A DNA stretch of 64,000 bases from NCBI GenBank assembly GCA_038329865.1, contig JBBQNK010000005.1:1-64000 (forward strand), given 5' to 3'. Made by a program: the position numbers and the translations under genes. Positions 1 to 9,794 of this stretch are shown here, piece by piece. Every line of letters starts with the position of its first letter. Position 1 is the stretch's first letter. The notes below the pieces were generated by a model. The model ran no database searches, was not told the DNA's origin, and was given only the letters and a program-made list of their open reading frames with translations. The DNA is from Tepidisphaerales bacterium. GTDB taxonomy: Bacteria > Planctomycetota > Phycisphaerae > Tepidisphaerales > Tepidisphaeraceae.

Positions 1-195
1 GCCCGCGTCTGCGGGTGAAGTACGATCCGTCGCTGTTCCATTGGCTGGCATCCCTTCCGGCCTCGTTGACGCGAGGCCCTTGTGTGAAGCGGATGCCAGT
101 TTTAATACATCTTCGAGATTCGCGCGCTCCTATTTAGATCCTTCGGAGTACATCAGGATGACGATTTCTTTCAAGCGAACGGGTTTGGAAACGGG

Positions 196-1491
196 CTACG
201 CGCGAAATTCCGCGGACCGCGAAGGCGTGATTTCAGGCTGCGTCGTCGTCGCCGGTGGGAGCATTTCGCCGGTGGCGGGCGCCACGCGGTCGCTCTTGCG
301 GCGTTTGAGTTTGTCGATCCGCTTCTGCTCGTGCACCATGCCCATCTTGTACGCGGCCACGATGATCGAGCCGAAAATCACCATGTACAGCGCGCCGGCG
401 TAGCGGGTTCGCAGGAAGACCATGCTCACGCCGAGCAGCGCGAAGAGGAACGCCAGGCCGTACTCGATCAGGACGGTCTGCTTCACCGTAAAGCCGCGGT
501 CCTGCAGTTGATGGTGGAAGTGCTGGCTGTCCGCGCTGAAGAGCGGCCGGCCGCCCACCCAGCGGCGGGCGAAGGCGAGGCTCGTATCCAGCACCGGCAG
601 CGCGAACATCACCATGGCGGCCAGGAACCACTTGGGGCGTTCCTCGGCCATCAGGATGATCATCGTGCCGCAGCTGAAGCCCAAGAACATGCTGCCGGTA
701 TCGCCCATGAAGATGCTGGCGGGGTTGAAGTTGTAGGGGACGAATCCGAGTACCGCGCCGAGCAGGGCAAGTCCCATCACGATGCGGAGCGCATCGGCGT
801 TGGTGTGCAGCCCGCCGCCGAACATCGCGAGGTTGACGGCGACGAAAAGGAAGCCGGCCGCGATGATCGCCGTCACCCCGCCGCACAGGCCGTCTACGCC
901 GTCCATTAAATTTGAAGCGTTGCAGCAACCGACGATGACGGCCACGACGAGGAAGCTGCTGAAGAACTGAATGATCCCGATGCTGATCGGCGGCAGCCCG
1001 GTGTAGACGGTGAGCTTCTGGCTGATCGGAATCAGGATCGGCCCGAGGCAAGTCGTGCCGACGCCGTCGTACAGCAGCAGCGCGGCGGCGAAGATCTGCC
1101 CCGCGATTTTAATGCCCGGCGTGAGCTTGTAGATGTCGTCCCACAACCCGAGCATGACGATCACGGCCGCGCCCAGAACGATGCTGAACTTGATGACGAG
1201 AAAATCCGTCGGCCAACCGGGCTCGATGCGGTGCAGTTGCAATTTCTGGCTGATCGCCAGCCCCGCGAGCCAGCCGAGGAACACCGCCACGCCGCCCAAG
1301 TAGGCGATCGGCGATTTGTGCAGCTTGCGTTTCTGGTCGGGCCGATCGATGACGTTGAAGTAGATCGCGATCATCCGCATCAGCGGCGTGAAGATAAACG
1401 CGATGATAAAGGCTGCATAAAAAACGTAGACGTACGGCGACAGCACTTCATCGGCGGTGAAAATCTTGGATGCAAGTCCCGAAGTCTGCAT
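196..1491 (-). CDS. UDP-GlcNAc:undecaprenyl-phosphate GlcNAc-1-phosphate transferase-like (MraY/WecA glycosyltransferase family 4)
   Basis: 431-aa polytopic membrane protein carrying the NASNLMDGVDGL-type motif and multiple TM segments typical of MraY/WecA polyprenyl-phosphate sugar-phosphate transferases. Confidence 0.75.
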   Translation of the reverse strand: MQTSGLASKIFTADEVLSPYVYVFYAAFIIAFIFTPLMRMIAIYFNVIDRPDQKRKLHKSPIAYLGGVAVFLGWLAGLAISQKLQLHRIEPGWPTDFLVIKFSIVLGAAVIVMLGLWDDIYKLTPGIKIAGQIFAAALLLYDGVGTTCLGPILIPISQKLTVYTGLPPISIGIIQFFSSFLVVAVIVGCCNASNLMDGVDGLCGGVTAIIAAGFLFVAVNLAMFGGGLHTNADALRIVMGLALLGAVLGFVPYNFNPASIFMGDTGSMFLGFSCGTMIILMAEERPKWFLAAMVMFALPVLDTSLAFARRWVGGRPLFSADSQHFHHQLQDRGFTVKQTVLIEYGLAFLFALLGVSMVFLRTRYAGALYMVIFGSIIVAAYKMGMVHEQKRIDKLKRRKSDRVAPATGEMLPPATTTQPEITPSRSAEFRA

Positions 1492-1619
1492 ACGACATTC
1501 CGTAGCCCCCGTGCTATCCGGCTCCAGCCTTCAGGCCGAGCCGGCGAATATGAGCGATCCAACACCGCCGCACAATCCGTACAAACCCTCATTCAATTTC
1601 GACGATACGACCGCGCGGC

Positions 1620-2624
1620 TTAACCCGCCTGCTTCTGCTCGGCGATCACGGCTCCGATAATCTGCTCCAGATTGAACTGCCGATTGAATGGGATCACCGA
1701 ACGAATGCGTTCCAGCTTCGGCACGCGACGAGGCAAATCGTCAAACGCCTGGCCGTAGGCTTTTTCGTACGGGACGTAATCTATACCACTGCGGGAGCCG
1801 GAAAGTTCGATGACTTTTTTGGCTAAATCGAGGATGGAAATCTCTTCATCACTGCCGAGATTGAAGACCTGCCCGACCGCCTTGGGCGCGGCCATCAGGC
1901 TGAGCATGGCGTCGATCACATCAGCGACGTGGCAGAAGCAGCGGGTCTGCTTGCCGTCGGCGTAAACCTGCAGCGGCTTGCCGGCCAGCGCCGCCGTTAC
2001 GAATCGCGGCAGCACCATGCCGTACATGCCCACCTGCCGCGGGCCGACTGTATTGAATAGCCGCACGATCGTCACTGGCAACCCCGACTGCTTGTAATAC
2101 GCCAGTCCGAGGAATTCATCAATCCCCTTGCTGTACGCGTAACTCCAGCGGCTGAATCGCGTTGCGCCCATGACGACGTCGTCGTCTTCACTGAACGGCA
2201 CGCGGGCGCCTTTGCCGTAAACTTCCGAGCTGCTGGTGATCAGCACCGGCCGGTTGAATTTAAACGCGGCCTCAAGAACGACTTCCGTGCCGTGAATGGT
2301 GGTTTTGATCGTGCGGACGGGCTCATCCAGAATCAACTGCACGCCGACAGCGCTGGCCAGATGGAAGACCACATCGCACTGGCTCATGAGCGTGCCGACG
2401 GTGGCCTCGTTTTCGACGGAGTCGCGAACGAGATGAAACTTGGGATTTCCCCGCAAAAGGGCCACGTTGCTCTCGCGGCCGGTGGAAAGATCATCCAGCA
2501 CGGTGACGGCGCACCCGTCGCGAACGAGCCGCTCCGCCAGGTGCGAGCCGATGAATCCCGCCCCGCCGGTAACTAACACATTTTTGCCGCTAAACGCCGA
2601 TGAGGTCATGGGATGAGGCATCAT
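1620..2624 (-). CDS. NAD-dependent epimerase/dehydratase (SDR family; UDP-sugar epimerase/decarboxylase-like)
   Basis: N-terminal Rossmann motif VLVTGGAGFIGSHL, a catalytic YxxxK (YAYSK) and a length of about 330 aa. Confidence 0.8.
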   Translation of the reverse strand: MMPHPMTSSAFSGKNVLVTGGAGFIGSHLAERLVRDGCAVTVLDDLSTGRESNVALLRGNPKFHLVRDSVENEATVGTLMSQCDVVFHLASAVGVQLILDEPVRTIKTTIHGTEVVLEAAFKFNRPVLITSSSEVYGKGARVPFSEDDDVVMGATRFSRWSYAYSKGIDEFLGLAYYKQSGLPVTIVRLFNTVGPRQVGMYGMVLPRFVTAALAGKPLQVYADGKQTRCFCHVADVIDAMLSLMAAPKAVGQVFNLGSDEEISILDLAKKVIELSGSRSGIDYVPYEKAYGQAFDDLPRRVPKLERIRSVIPFNRQFNLEQIIGAVIAEQKQAG

Positions 2625-2838
2625 AACGAGTTAAGACGGGTATAGTAGATTTATTTCCCGCCATGACGGACGCGCCGGAGAGTTTGCCCATCTTTGCAAT
2701 GCCCGGCCGCATTTTTCGAAGAATTATTGGGTTTTTGTTGACGCAGTACGCGCTTGGCGAGTAAGTTAGGGATTGGAAGGGAGAGGCCAGTGCCCCGGGG
2801 GCAAATCCTCTTCAAGTAGTTCGCAAATTTGAGGGCCT

Positions 2839-3504
2839 GTGAAATCTACGCTCGCCATTACTGCCGGATTCCTGCTCGCCGCCTTGGCGGTTGGTGATAC
2901 CGTCTATCGCATCGCCCCGCGCGAAGGCCGGACCTATCCCGATGTCGTCATCGCTAAAGGCGTCCTCGGCGACACTAGCCTGCTGACCGATCAAGACGAC
3001 GACGCCATGACCAAAAATCTGGACGATCTCTTCGCCCAGGATTCCAAGGACGGCATCGACGCCGACGAGCTGGCCAGCATCCGCGAACTCGCCGCCATCG
3101 CCAAGCCGCACGATTCCTCGTGGGGCGAAGACTTCTTCAAAGCAGCCGACGGAAAAGTCGGCGGCGTAACCCCGTACCTGATGGCCTGCACCACCGGCGC
3201 GTGGGACCCCACGCTCGGCGCTTCCATGGCCACCTCCGCAACCAGCGGACCGATGTCCTACTTCTCCTCCGGCTCCAATAACGGCGGAGCATTAGTCGAC
3301 CAGTTCGCCCTCGGCGGCGGTGGAGAATCCGAATCCGCCCAATACCGCGGCGGCGGCAGCAGCGGCGGATCGTCCCGCGGCAAAACCGCGTTCAACGCGT
3401 CAGTAAGCAACGCCCAAACCTTCGCCGTTCCTGAGCCGGCCAGCTTGAGCCTCCTTGCACTCGGCGCGCTCTCGCTGATGGGCCGCAAGCGCCGGGCGAA
3501 GTAA
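2839..3504 (+). CDS. PEP-CTERM sorting-domain secreted protein (putative exosortase substrate)
   Basis: N-terminal signal peptide (MKSTLAITAGFLLAALAVG), a Gly/Ser-rich C-terminal region and a terminal VPEPASLSLLALGALSLMGRKRRAK, which is a canonical PEP-CTERM motif plus TM helix plus basic tail. Confidence 0.75.
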   Translation: MKSTLAITAGFLLAALAVGDTVYRIAPREGRTYPDVVIAKGVLGDTSLLTDQDDDAMTKNLDDLFAQDSKDGIDADELASIRELAAIAKPHDSSWGEDFFKAADGKVGGVTPYLMACTTGAWDPTLGASMATSATSGPMSYFSSGSNNGGALVDQFALGGGGESESAQYRGGGSSGGSSRGKTAFNASVSNAQTFAVPEPASLSLLALGALSLMGRKRRAK

Positions 3505-3518
3505 ATCTTCGACCGACT

Positions 3519-4115
3519 TCAGCGATTCAAATCCAAATTCCAGATCAGCATCGCCTCGTCGGCGATCTCCGCGCAGTGGCGGTATCGTTGCGGGTCGATC
3601 CGCACCAACTCGCATCCCATGCTCGCGTAGAACCGGCAGGCGGCGACGTTGACGTTTTGCGTTTCGATTTTCAGGTGCGAGCAGCCCTTCGTCTTCGTCC
3701 AATGCGACGCCGCTTGAAATAGTGCAGATCCGACGCCTCGCCGCTGGTGCGAAGATCGGACGCGAAGATCCCACAGCACGGCCAGATCACGTCGGCCGTC
3801 GAGCATCTCAACGCTGGGCGTATTCCACGCGACGGCCGCCCCGCCGACGGTTTCGCCGGCGTCGAGCGCGAGCCAGAATCCCCAGTTGGAGAGATCAAAC
3901 CGCCCCGGCCAATTCAGCGGCCCGCCGTCGGCGTAGGTGTCGTAGTTTTTGGTGTACGGCCTGTTCACCGGCCGCTCGGTGAAGCCGAGCGCGCCAAGGC
4001 CGGCCGGAATTTTTTCGACGACCATCTCCGATCGAACCTCGCACAACATCGGCACGCTCGCGTACTCCACCAGCCGATCCGCGCTGATTTTTTCGATCAC
4101 CACGGCCATGTGCAT
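3519..4115 (-). CDS. GNAT family N-acetyltransferase
   Basis: 198-aa protein with the acetyl-CoA-binding motif QRRGVGSALF and a GNAT-typical length. Confidence 0.65.
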   Translation of the reverse strand: MHMAVVIEKISADRLVEYASVPMLCEVRSEMVVEKIPAGLGALGFTERPVNRPYTKNYDTYADGGPLNWPGRFDLSNWGFWLALDAGETVGGAAVAWNTPSVEMLDGRRDLAVLWDLRVRSSHQRRGVGSALFQAASHWTKTKGCSHLKIETQNVNVAACRFYASMGCELVRIDPQRYRHCAEIADEAMLIWNLDLNR

Positions 4116-4403
4116 CGCTCCAGGAAATCAACGATCGGTTCGCGTCCGGTTGCAGTCGCATGGGCTACCAGCCCATGCTTTTGCGTTAAGAGGCATGGGC
4201 TGTTAGCACATGCGACGAAAATCCGATTTGCACTGCACCCCAACCCATTTATCCCGCCGCCAGTGTGCTCAGATCGTCTCACCCGCAAGCGGTTTTCGCG
4301 CGCAGAGATAAATCGGCGACGATTCCCTTGTACGCCGTCCGCCACGAATCCACCTGCACGCGGGCGAGCGCGGGAATATCGGATGCTTCGGCAGGACGGA
4401 TAT

Positions 4404-4934
4404 TCATTCGCGTGGGGCCACGGCGGGCGTGGGTTTGCCGTCGACGGGTTGCAGGCTTTCAACATCCACGGTGTAAAGGCTGCCGATGTATCCGTCGTCT
4501 GTCTTTTCAACTTTGATGTGCAATATCCCCACGATTCGCACCGGCGCTTCGATGTAAGTCACGCCGGCGTTGTCGGCGGTTTTGCACTTGAAAAAATCCT
4601 GCACACACGGTGGCCCGCGGAAGGACCACTTCGTTTTCGAATAGACCGCTTCGAAGCGAGTCACCTTCTCGCCGAGTTCCGCCCGGCACCACATCTCGCC
4701 GACGAACGTCACACGCTTTCCGTCCAGGTCCTGGAAGGATTTCGGAAGGTCATTGATCGTGCCGCTCGTCTGATCGAAGTCAAAATTCCCCAGCGTCTTT
4801 AAGTTGATCGACGTCGCGCTGGCCGCCGCCTGCGTGGTTGCGGGCTTTGTTGATGGCCGGGACGTTGGCCCGGCACCGAGTGCAAGCAGCGACACGGCAA
4901 TGACCACGAAAATTCGGCAAAGCGTTGTGTTCAT
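4404..4934 (-). CDS. hypothetical secreted protein
   Basis: An internal Met followed by a signal-peptide-like hydrophobic stretch (MNTTLCRIFVVIAVSLLALGAG). The 5' part of the 199-aa ORF upstream of this Met is probably not translated. Confidence 0.45.
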   Translation of the reverse strand: MNTTLCRIFVVIAVSLLALGAGPTSRPSTKPATTQAAASATSINLKTLGNFDFDQTSGTINDLPKSFQDLDGKRVTFVGEMWCRAELGEKVTRFEAVYSKTKWSFRGPPCVQDFFKCKTADNAGVTYIEAPVRIVGILHIKVEKTDDGYIGSLYTVDVESLQPVDGKPTPAVAPRE

Positions 4935-5113
4935 GGAAGGCCCCGACTTTCTCCGCATTTGGTAGGACAGACATTCCTGTCTGTCATGGACGGATGTACT
5001 CATCTGCCCATCTCACCTGACGAAAACCGCATCCGCGTACGAATCGAGGCGTTCCTCGCTTCGTGACAGACAGAAATGTCTGTCCTACTGAATGCGCAAA
5101 CGCAAACACGCGA

Positions 5114-6973
5114 TCACTGCAGCGGCGAAGGAATCGGCGTCTCCATCGGGCGGCGCCAGAGCAGGTGCATGCGCCAGTGCTGATCGTCCTTCGCGGGATA
5201 ATCCAGCCGGTAGTGTGTGCCGCGGCTTTCGGTTCTGGCATGGGCGGCCATCGTGATCAGCGTGCAGGCGGTGAGCATGTTCTGCAGTTCCCAGCCGTTC
5301 TCCGCGGCGGCGGGGCCGATGACTTTCGGGTCGAAGACCTTGTCCATCACATAGCGGCTCCAGAAGGTGATGATCTCGCGGGTTTCTTCCAGGCGCTGGC
5401 CGTCGCGCTCGATGCCGACGTTGCGCCACATCACGCTGCGCAGGCTGTTGCGAACGTCGGCGATGTCGAGCTCCGTCTTCGTGCTCGGCGGAACGCGGTG
5501 CTCTAGATGAATCGGAAATTTCACTTCCTCCGCGCACGCCGCGGCCGCGTGCGCGCCGGCGCGCGAGCCGTAGGCGAGCCCTTCGAGCAGTGAATTGCTC
5601 GCCAGGCGGTTTGCGCCGTGCAGGCCGGTGCAGGAGGCTTCGCCGATCGCGTACAGGCCCGGCAAACTCGTGCAGCCGAAGTCGTCGGCGTCGACGCCGC
5701 CCATGATGTAGTGCATGGCCGGGTGAATCGGGATCAGATCCTTCGCTGGGTCGATCTCGAACTCCACCAGCAGCTTGGCCAGCTGCGGGAAGCGCTCGGT
5801 AAACGCCGCGCCGGCGAGATGGCGAACGTCCAGGAAAACGTGCGTGAAATTCGTCTTGCGGATTTGCGCGATGATCGCGCGGCTGACGATATCGCGCGGC
5901 GCCAGCTCGCCGGCCGGGTCGTAATCTTTCATGAAGCGATAGCCGTTGCGATCGACGAGGTACGCCGCCTCGCCGCGGACGGCCTCGGTGATCAGCGCTC
6001 GGCTCGCACCGGCGACGTACAGCGTGGTCGGATGGAACTGCACCATCTCCATGTCTTTGAGCGTCGCGCCCGCGCGGTACGCCATCGCGTGCCCGTCGGC
6101 CGTCGCGACCGACGGGTTGGTCGTTTCACGATAAAGCTGCCCCGCCCCGCCGCTGGCGAGAATCGTTCGCTTGGCCCAGATGATGTTGACCTGCCCGTCG
6201 ATCATGACGATCGCGCCGAGGCATCGCGGGCCTTTCGGAAGCGACGCGGCGGGGCCCACGCCCAGCGGAGCAGAGGCGCCGGCGCGAAGCTCCGTCGAAG
6301 AGCCTGTTCCGTGAGTGCTCGTTGCGCCCGCTCCGCGCTCAGCCGAATCGCCTTCCCCGCGCTCAGTCGAGGCGCTTGTCCCGAGCGAAGTCGAAGGGCC
6401 CGCCCCGGACGAAGTCGAGGGATCGTCGGTGAGAAAATCGATCGCGAAACTGTTCTCGCTCATGCGTACGCCTTCGCGCGAGCGGACGGTTTTGATCAGC
6501 GTCTGCGCCAGCTCCTTGCCGGTCGCGTCGCCGTAGGCGTGAACGATCCGCGCGAACGAGTGCCCGCCCTCGCGGCCGAACGCCAGGTCGTGCGGGTTGC
6601 CGGGCTTCTTGTCAAAATGCGCGCCCCACTCAAGCAACTCCAGCACGCGCTGCGGCCCTTCCTTCACGGTGATATCCACCGCCCGCCGATCGCAAAGCCC
6701 CGCGCCGGCGGCGAGCGTGTCGTTCACATGCGACTCGATGGAATCCAGCGGCTGCAACACCGCCGCGATGCCGCCCTGCGCGTACCAGGTGTTGGATTGG
6801 TCGATCGTGTCCTTCGTGAGGAGCAGCACGTCGACGCCCGCGTCGGCAGCCGCGATCGCCGCGCGCAACCCCGCGACCCCGCCGCCGATGACTAGCACGT
6901 CAGTAAACTGCTGCGGCAGCCGTGCGGCTTTGAACGGGAGCAGGTAACGGCGCTGGGTGAGGGATTCAAGCAT
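5114..6973 (-). CDS. nadB: L-aspartate oxidase with a ~70-aa low-complexity insertion
   Basis: N-terminal FAD motif VLVIGGGVAGLRAA, the succinate-dehydrogenase/fumarate-reductase flavoprotein-like core (HYxMGG, RLASNSLLEG) and an internal Ser/Thr/Gly-rich insert (DDPSTSSGAGPSTSLGTSAST...). Confidence 0.85.
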   Translation of the reverse strand: MLESLTQRRYLLPFKAARLPQQFTDVLVIGGGVAGLRAAIAAADAGVDVLLLTKDTIDQSNTWYAQGGIAAVLQPLDSIESHVNDTLAAGAGLCDRRAVDITVKEGPQRVLELLEWGAHFDKKPGNPHDLAFGREGGHSFARIVHAYGDATGKELAQTLIKTVRSREGVRMSENSFAIDFLTDDPSTSSGAGPSTSLGTSASTERGEGDSAERGAGATSTHGTGSSTELRAGASAPLGVGPAASLPKGPRCLGAIVMIDGQVNIIWAKRTILASGGAGQLYRETTNPSVATADGHAMAYRAGATLKDMEMVQFHPTTLYVAGASRALITEAVRGEAAYLVDRNGYRFMKDYDPAGELAPRDIVSRAIIAQIRKTNFTHVFLDVRHLAGAAFTERFPQLAKLLVEFEIDPAKDLIPIHPAMHYIMGGVDADDFGCTSLPGLYAIGEASCTGLHGANRLASNSLLEGLAYGSRAGAHAAAACAEEVKFPIHLEHRVPPSTKTELDIADVRNSLRSVMWRNVGIERDGQRLEETREIITFWSRYVMDKVFDPKVIGPAAAENGWELQNMLTACTLITMAAHARTESRGTHYRLDYPAKDDQHWRMHLLWRRPMETPIPSPLQ

Positions 6974-7311
6974 GTGCGGTGATTATAGAGCGGAATTCGC
7001 CTCCGGTCGCGATCGCGCACGGGCTGGAAAGTTCCGTCTCGTCAGAGCCGTCCACGCCGGTCGCTGTGCGGCCGGATTCATGTTTCGCGAGCGCCCAGAA
7101 TCCGGACGCACAGCGACCGGCGTGAATGGATCATTTCTTGACTTTCACGTATCGATCCTGAAACCACGTTGACCGATAAATCGCCGGCCAAAGCGTGGCG
7201 GTGGTGATGCCGAGAATGGCCACGATCAGCAGCACAATCACGCCGGCCCGGAAGGTGATTTGCAGCCAGCCTGATCGCATGAAAGTAGCATGGCGGAGAT
7301 CGGCGGAGAGT

Positions 7312-7821
7312 TCAAGCGGCGGAAGCGTTCGCGGGCACGGCCCCGCACTCGGGACAGCGATCGGGCGTGGCACGGAGGTCGTAGCCGCACTCTCTGCATA
7401 GACCGGAATTGTATTCGGGTCGCCTCAGCCGCCGAACAATCGCGACCAACGGAAGCAAGGCTGTTCCCGCAATCGCATACCAGATCGAAAAAGATCCTGT
7501 AAACAATTGCGTTGACCTGATTGGATTTCTGAGGGTATGCAGATGAGTCAACATGATCTGCCGAACAAAAACGCCGTAACTATGAAATCCAGAATCAAAC
7601 GGAAAGCTTCGGCCCGGGACACCGCCTTGATTTTGATTCCCGCATTTCCTGAACCAAATTTTTGAATCTACAACGGACACTCCGAACCAGATTTGTTTGT
7701 TTCCTGCAGGTGAAAATGCATACGAGCACCCACCGGGAAGACTTCCGAACTGTGCCCCACAAATGTAAATGCAAATCACAAACGATAGGACCGACGCAAT
7801 GGTAAACAGGCGTTGCTTCAC
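7312..7821 (-). CDS. two-TM membrane protein with C-terminal C4 zinc ribbon (CRECGYDLRATPDRCPECG family)
   Basis: N-terminal TM helix, a ~90-aa loop, a second TM helix, a basic stretch RRLRRP and then CRECGYDLRATPDRCPECGAVP. This is a paralogue of the ORFs at 32031-32531 and 59733-60980. Confidence 0.6.
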   Translation of the reverse strand: MKQRLFTIASVLSFVICIYICGAQFGSLPGGCSYAFSPAGNKQIWFGVSVVDSKIWFRKCGNQNQGGVPGRSFPFDSGFHSYGVFVRQIMLTHLHTLRNPIRSTQLFTGSFSIWYAIAGTALLPLVAIVRRLRRPEYNSGLCRECGYDLRATPDRCPECGAVPANASAA

Positions 7822-7938
7822 AGTTTCATCTTAATCCATCCAAACGATCTTAGATTTGATTAATTTTCGAATTTTCGATTTTCGAATCAATCCCACCCGA
7901 AACTGGATCGCTCTCTCCAAATCATCCAAGATGTTGGG

Positions 7939-9189
7939 ATGGGATTGCAGTTTAACATCGCCGTCGTCGGTTGCGGCGTGGCCGGGGCTACGGCGGCGTT
8001 GATGCTCGCCCGTCGCGGGCATCGGGTGACGTTGTTCGAGCAGTCGGAACGCGTCGGGCCGGCCGGGGCGGGGATTTTGTTGCAGCCTTCCGGCCAAGGG
8101 GTGTTGCGCGGGATCGGGTTGCTCGATGAGGTGATCGCGTCGGCCGAGCCGATTCGGGAAATTTACGCGACGACGCATCGCGGGCATGAACTGATCCGGC
8201 TGCGGTATGCGGATCTGTCGCCGAAGCGGTCCGGTTACGGCCTGCATCGCGGCGACCTTTTCACGGTGCTGCACCTCGCGATGCTCGCGGCGGGTGTCGA
8301 CCTGCGGCTGAATCAGCCGGTGACGAGCTTCGCACAAAATGCGGATCACGTTTGGCCGATCGCCGCGGACGGTGTGCAAAGCAGTCGCAGTTCATCAGGC
8401 GGGTCTGCGCCGCGTGACACGCATCGCGCGCAGCCGCAACACGAAATCAAAAAGTCGCTCGGCGAGTTTGATCTGCTGATCGCCGCTGACGGGTCGCGGT
8501 CTCGCCTGCGGGAATCGTCGGGCATCGCGCACTGGACACTGCCGTACGCGGGCGGCGCGGCGTGGGTGGTCGGGCGGAATGAATCGATCCGCGGGCAACT
8601 TCGGCAAGTCACGCACGGCACGCGCCGGCTCTGCGGGCTGCTGCCGATGGGCGGCGGGCGGTGCTCGCTCTTCTGGGGGATGCACGAGCGCGAACAGGCG
8701 GCCGTTTGGGCTGGGGAATTTTCGGCGTGGCGGGAGGATGTCGTGCGGCTCATGCCACAGGCCTCGCCGATGTTCGATCAGCTTTCCGATTTCGCCGGCG
8801 TGAAGTTCGTGCGGTATCAGCACGTTTCGATGAGTCGGTGGCACTCGGGCCGGGCCGTCTTCATCGGCGACGCGGCCCATGCAATGAGCCCGCACCTGGG
8901 CCAGGGCGTGAACCTGGCGCTGGTCGATGCGCGGGAATTGTGCACCGCGATCGACCGACAAGCGAACGTGAAGCAGGCCGTCATCGACTACGAGCGCCGC
9001 CGGCGCCGGGCGCTGGCGACTTACGCAGCCGTCACCTTTAGTGTTGCGCCATACTTCCAGTCAGTCGTGCCGCTATTAGGGTGGGGACGCGATCTCGCCC
9101 TGCCGTGGATGCCGCGCTTTAAACCGTTGCGGCAGTTGATGCTGCGAACACTTTGCGGGGGATTGGGTGCGTCGCGCGGGAGTAGGTAG
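7939..9189 (+). CDS. FAD-dependent monooxygenase (UbiH/salicylate-hydroxylase-like)
   Basis: GxGxxG motif VVGCGVAGATAA at the N-terminus, DG motif (LIAADGSRS) and GD motif (FIGDAAHAMSPHLGQG). Confidence 0.75.
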   Translation: MGLQFNIAVVGCGVAGATAALMLARRGHRVTLFEQSERVGPAGAGILLQPSGQGVLRGIGLLDEVIASAEPIREIYATTHRGHELIRLRYADLSPKRSGYGLHRGDLFTVLHLAMLAAGVDLRLNQPVTSFAQNADHVWPIAADGVQSSRSSSGGSAPRDTHRAQPQHEIKKSLGEFDLLIAADGSRSRLRESSGIAHWTLPYAGGAAWVVGRNESIRGQLRQVTHGTRRLCGLLPMGGGRCSLFWGMHEREQAAVWAGEFSAWREDVVRLMPQASPMFDQLSDFAGVKFVRYQHVSMSRWHSGRAVFIGDAAHAMSPHLGQGVNLALVDARELCTAIDRQANVKQAVIDYERRRRRALATYAAVTFSVAPYFQSVVPLLGWGRDLALPWMPRFKPLRQLMLRTLCGGLGASRGSR

Positions 9190-9794
9190 AGATTGCCGGT
9201 CGTAGAATATTGGTTTCGATCGATTCTTGGAGATTGTGGAGCGCCTTTTCGAAGCCAATTGCCGACTTTTTAAGTGATTTCAACGCTTCTCCCGCGTAGG
9301 GACCAGCGGCTTGCGCCATAGGTGCGATTTTCATCACAGCCTGCGCAATTGTTATGCGGGAAGCCTCGTTCTGGTGAACAATCATGCATCAAAAGTGGGC
9401 AGCCTCTAAAGCGGAATCGCGGCCAATGCTTTTGAACTGACAAATCTCTCCAAAATCGCCGGTATTGAGAAAATTATCGCGAAAATCGGTTCTGGCACGG
9501 GCGTTGTTATAGAGCATTTCGTCATCGTCGCGGTGACGATGATGAGTGACCTCGAGAGTCACTGTCAATCATGGAGCGCGGTTGGTTCCCACGGGCGGTG
9601 TCGCCTAGCCGACGGTCGGCTAGGCGACACGCTTGCCCGGGGTTTTCCAAAGGCCTTTCCTGATTACCGCGGTTTTGCACTTCTCCCCCTCATTTGAAAT
9701 TTTGCAGCTGTAACCAAAGGTTCGACGCACTAAGGGGCGGTCGGACCTTCGCTGCATTTTTATCTGTATCTTGCGAATCGCTTTCATTCTAAAA

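Noticed and set aside
233-1051. Long Arg/Pro/Gly-rich ORFs overlapping real genes on the same or opposite strand (for example 233-1051, 331-909, 5618-6895, 14631-15794, 22743-24986, 39830-41044, 41426-43075, 50287-51270, 56629-57642 and 61136-63226)
   Set aside because: These are typical high-GC shadow ORFs. Their composition is low-complexity (R/A/G/P/D/H-rich), they lack motifs, and each is fully overlapped by a gene with clear homology-type signatures.
7131-7373. 80-aa ORF just upstream of nadB; a possible 49-aa single-TM peptide from the internal Met
   Set aside because: It overlaps the 3' end of the zinc-ribbon gene in another frame and has no RBS or motif support. It is kept only as a remote small-membrane-protein possibility.
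7831-8379. 182-aa minus-strand ORF antisense to the FAD monooxygenase
   Set aside because: Shadow ORF with Arg/Pro-rich composition. The plus-strand gene has clear FAD-binding motifs.
9119-9385. 88-aa minus-strand ORF inside the AT-richer island
   Set aside because: It has a somewhat protein-like amphipathic segment, but no homology features and atypical composition. It is reported only as part of the island finding.
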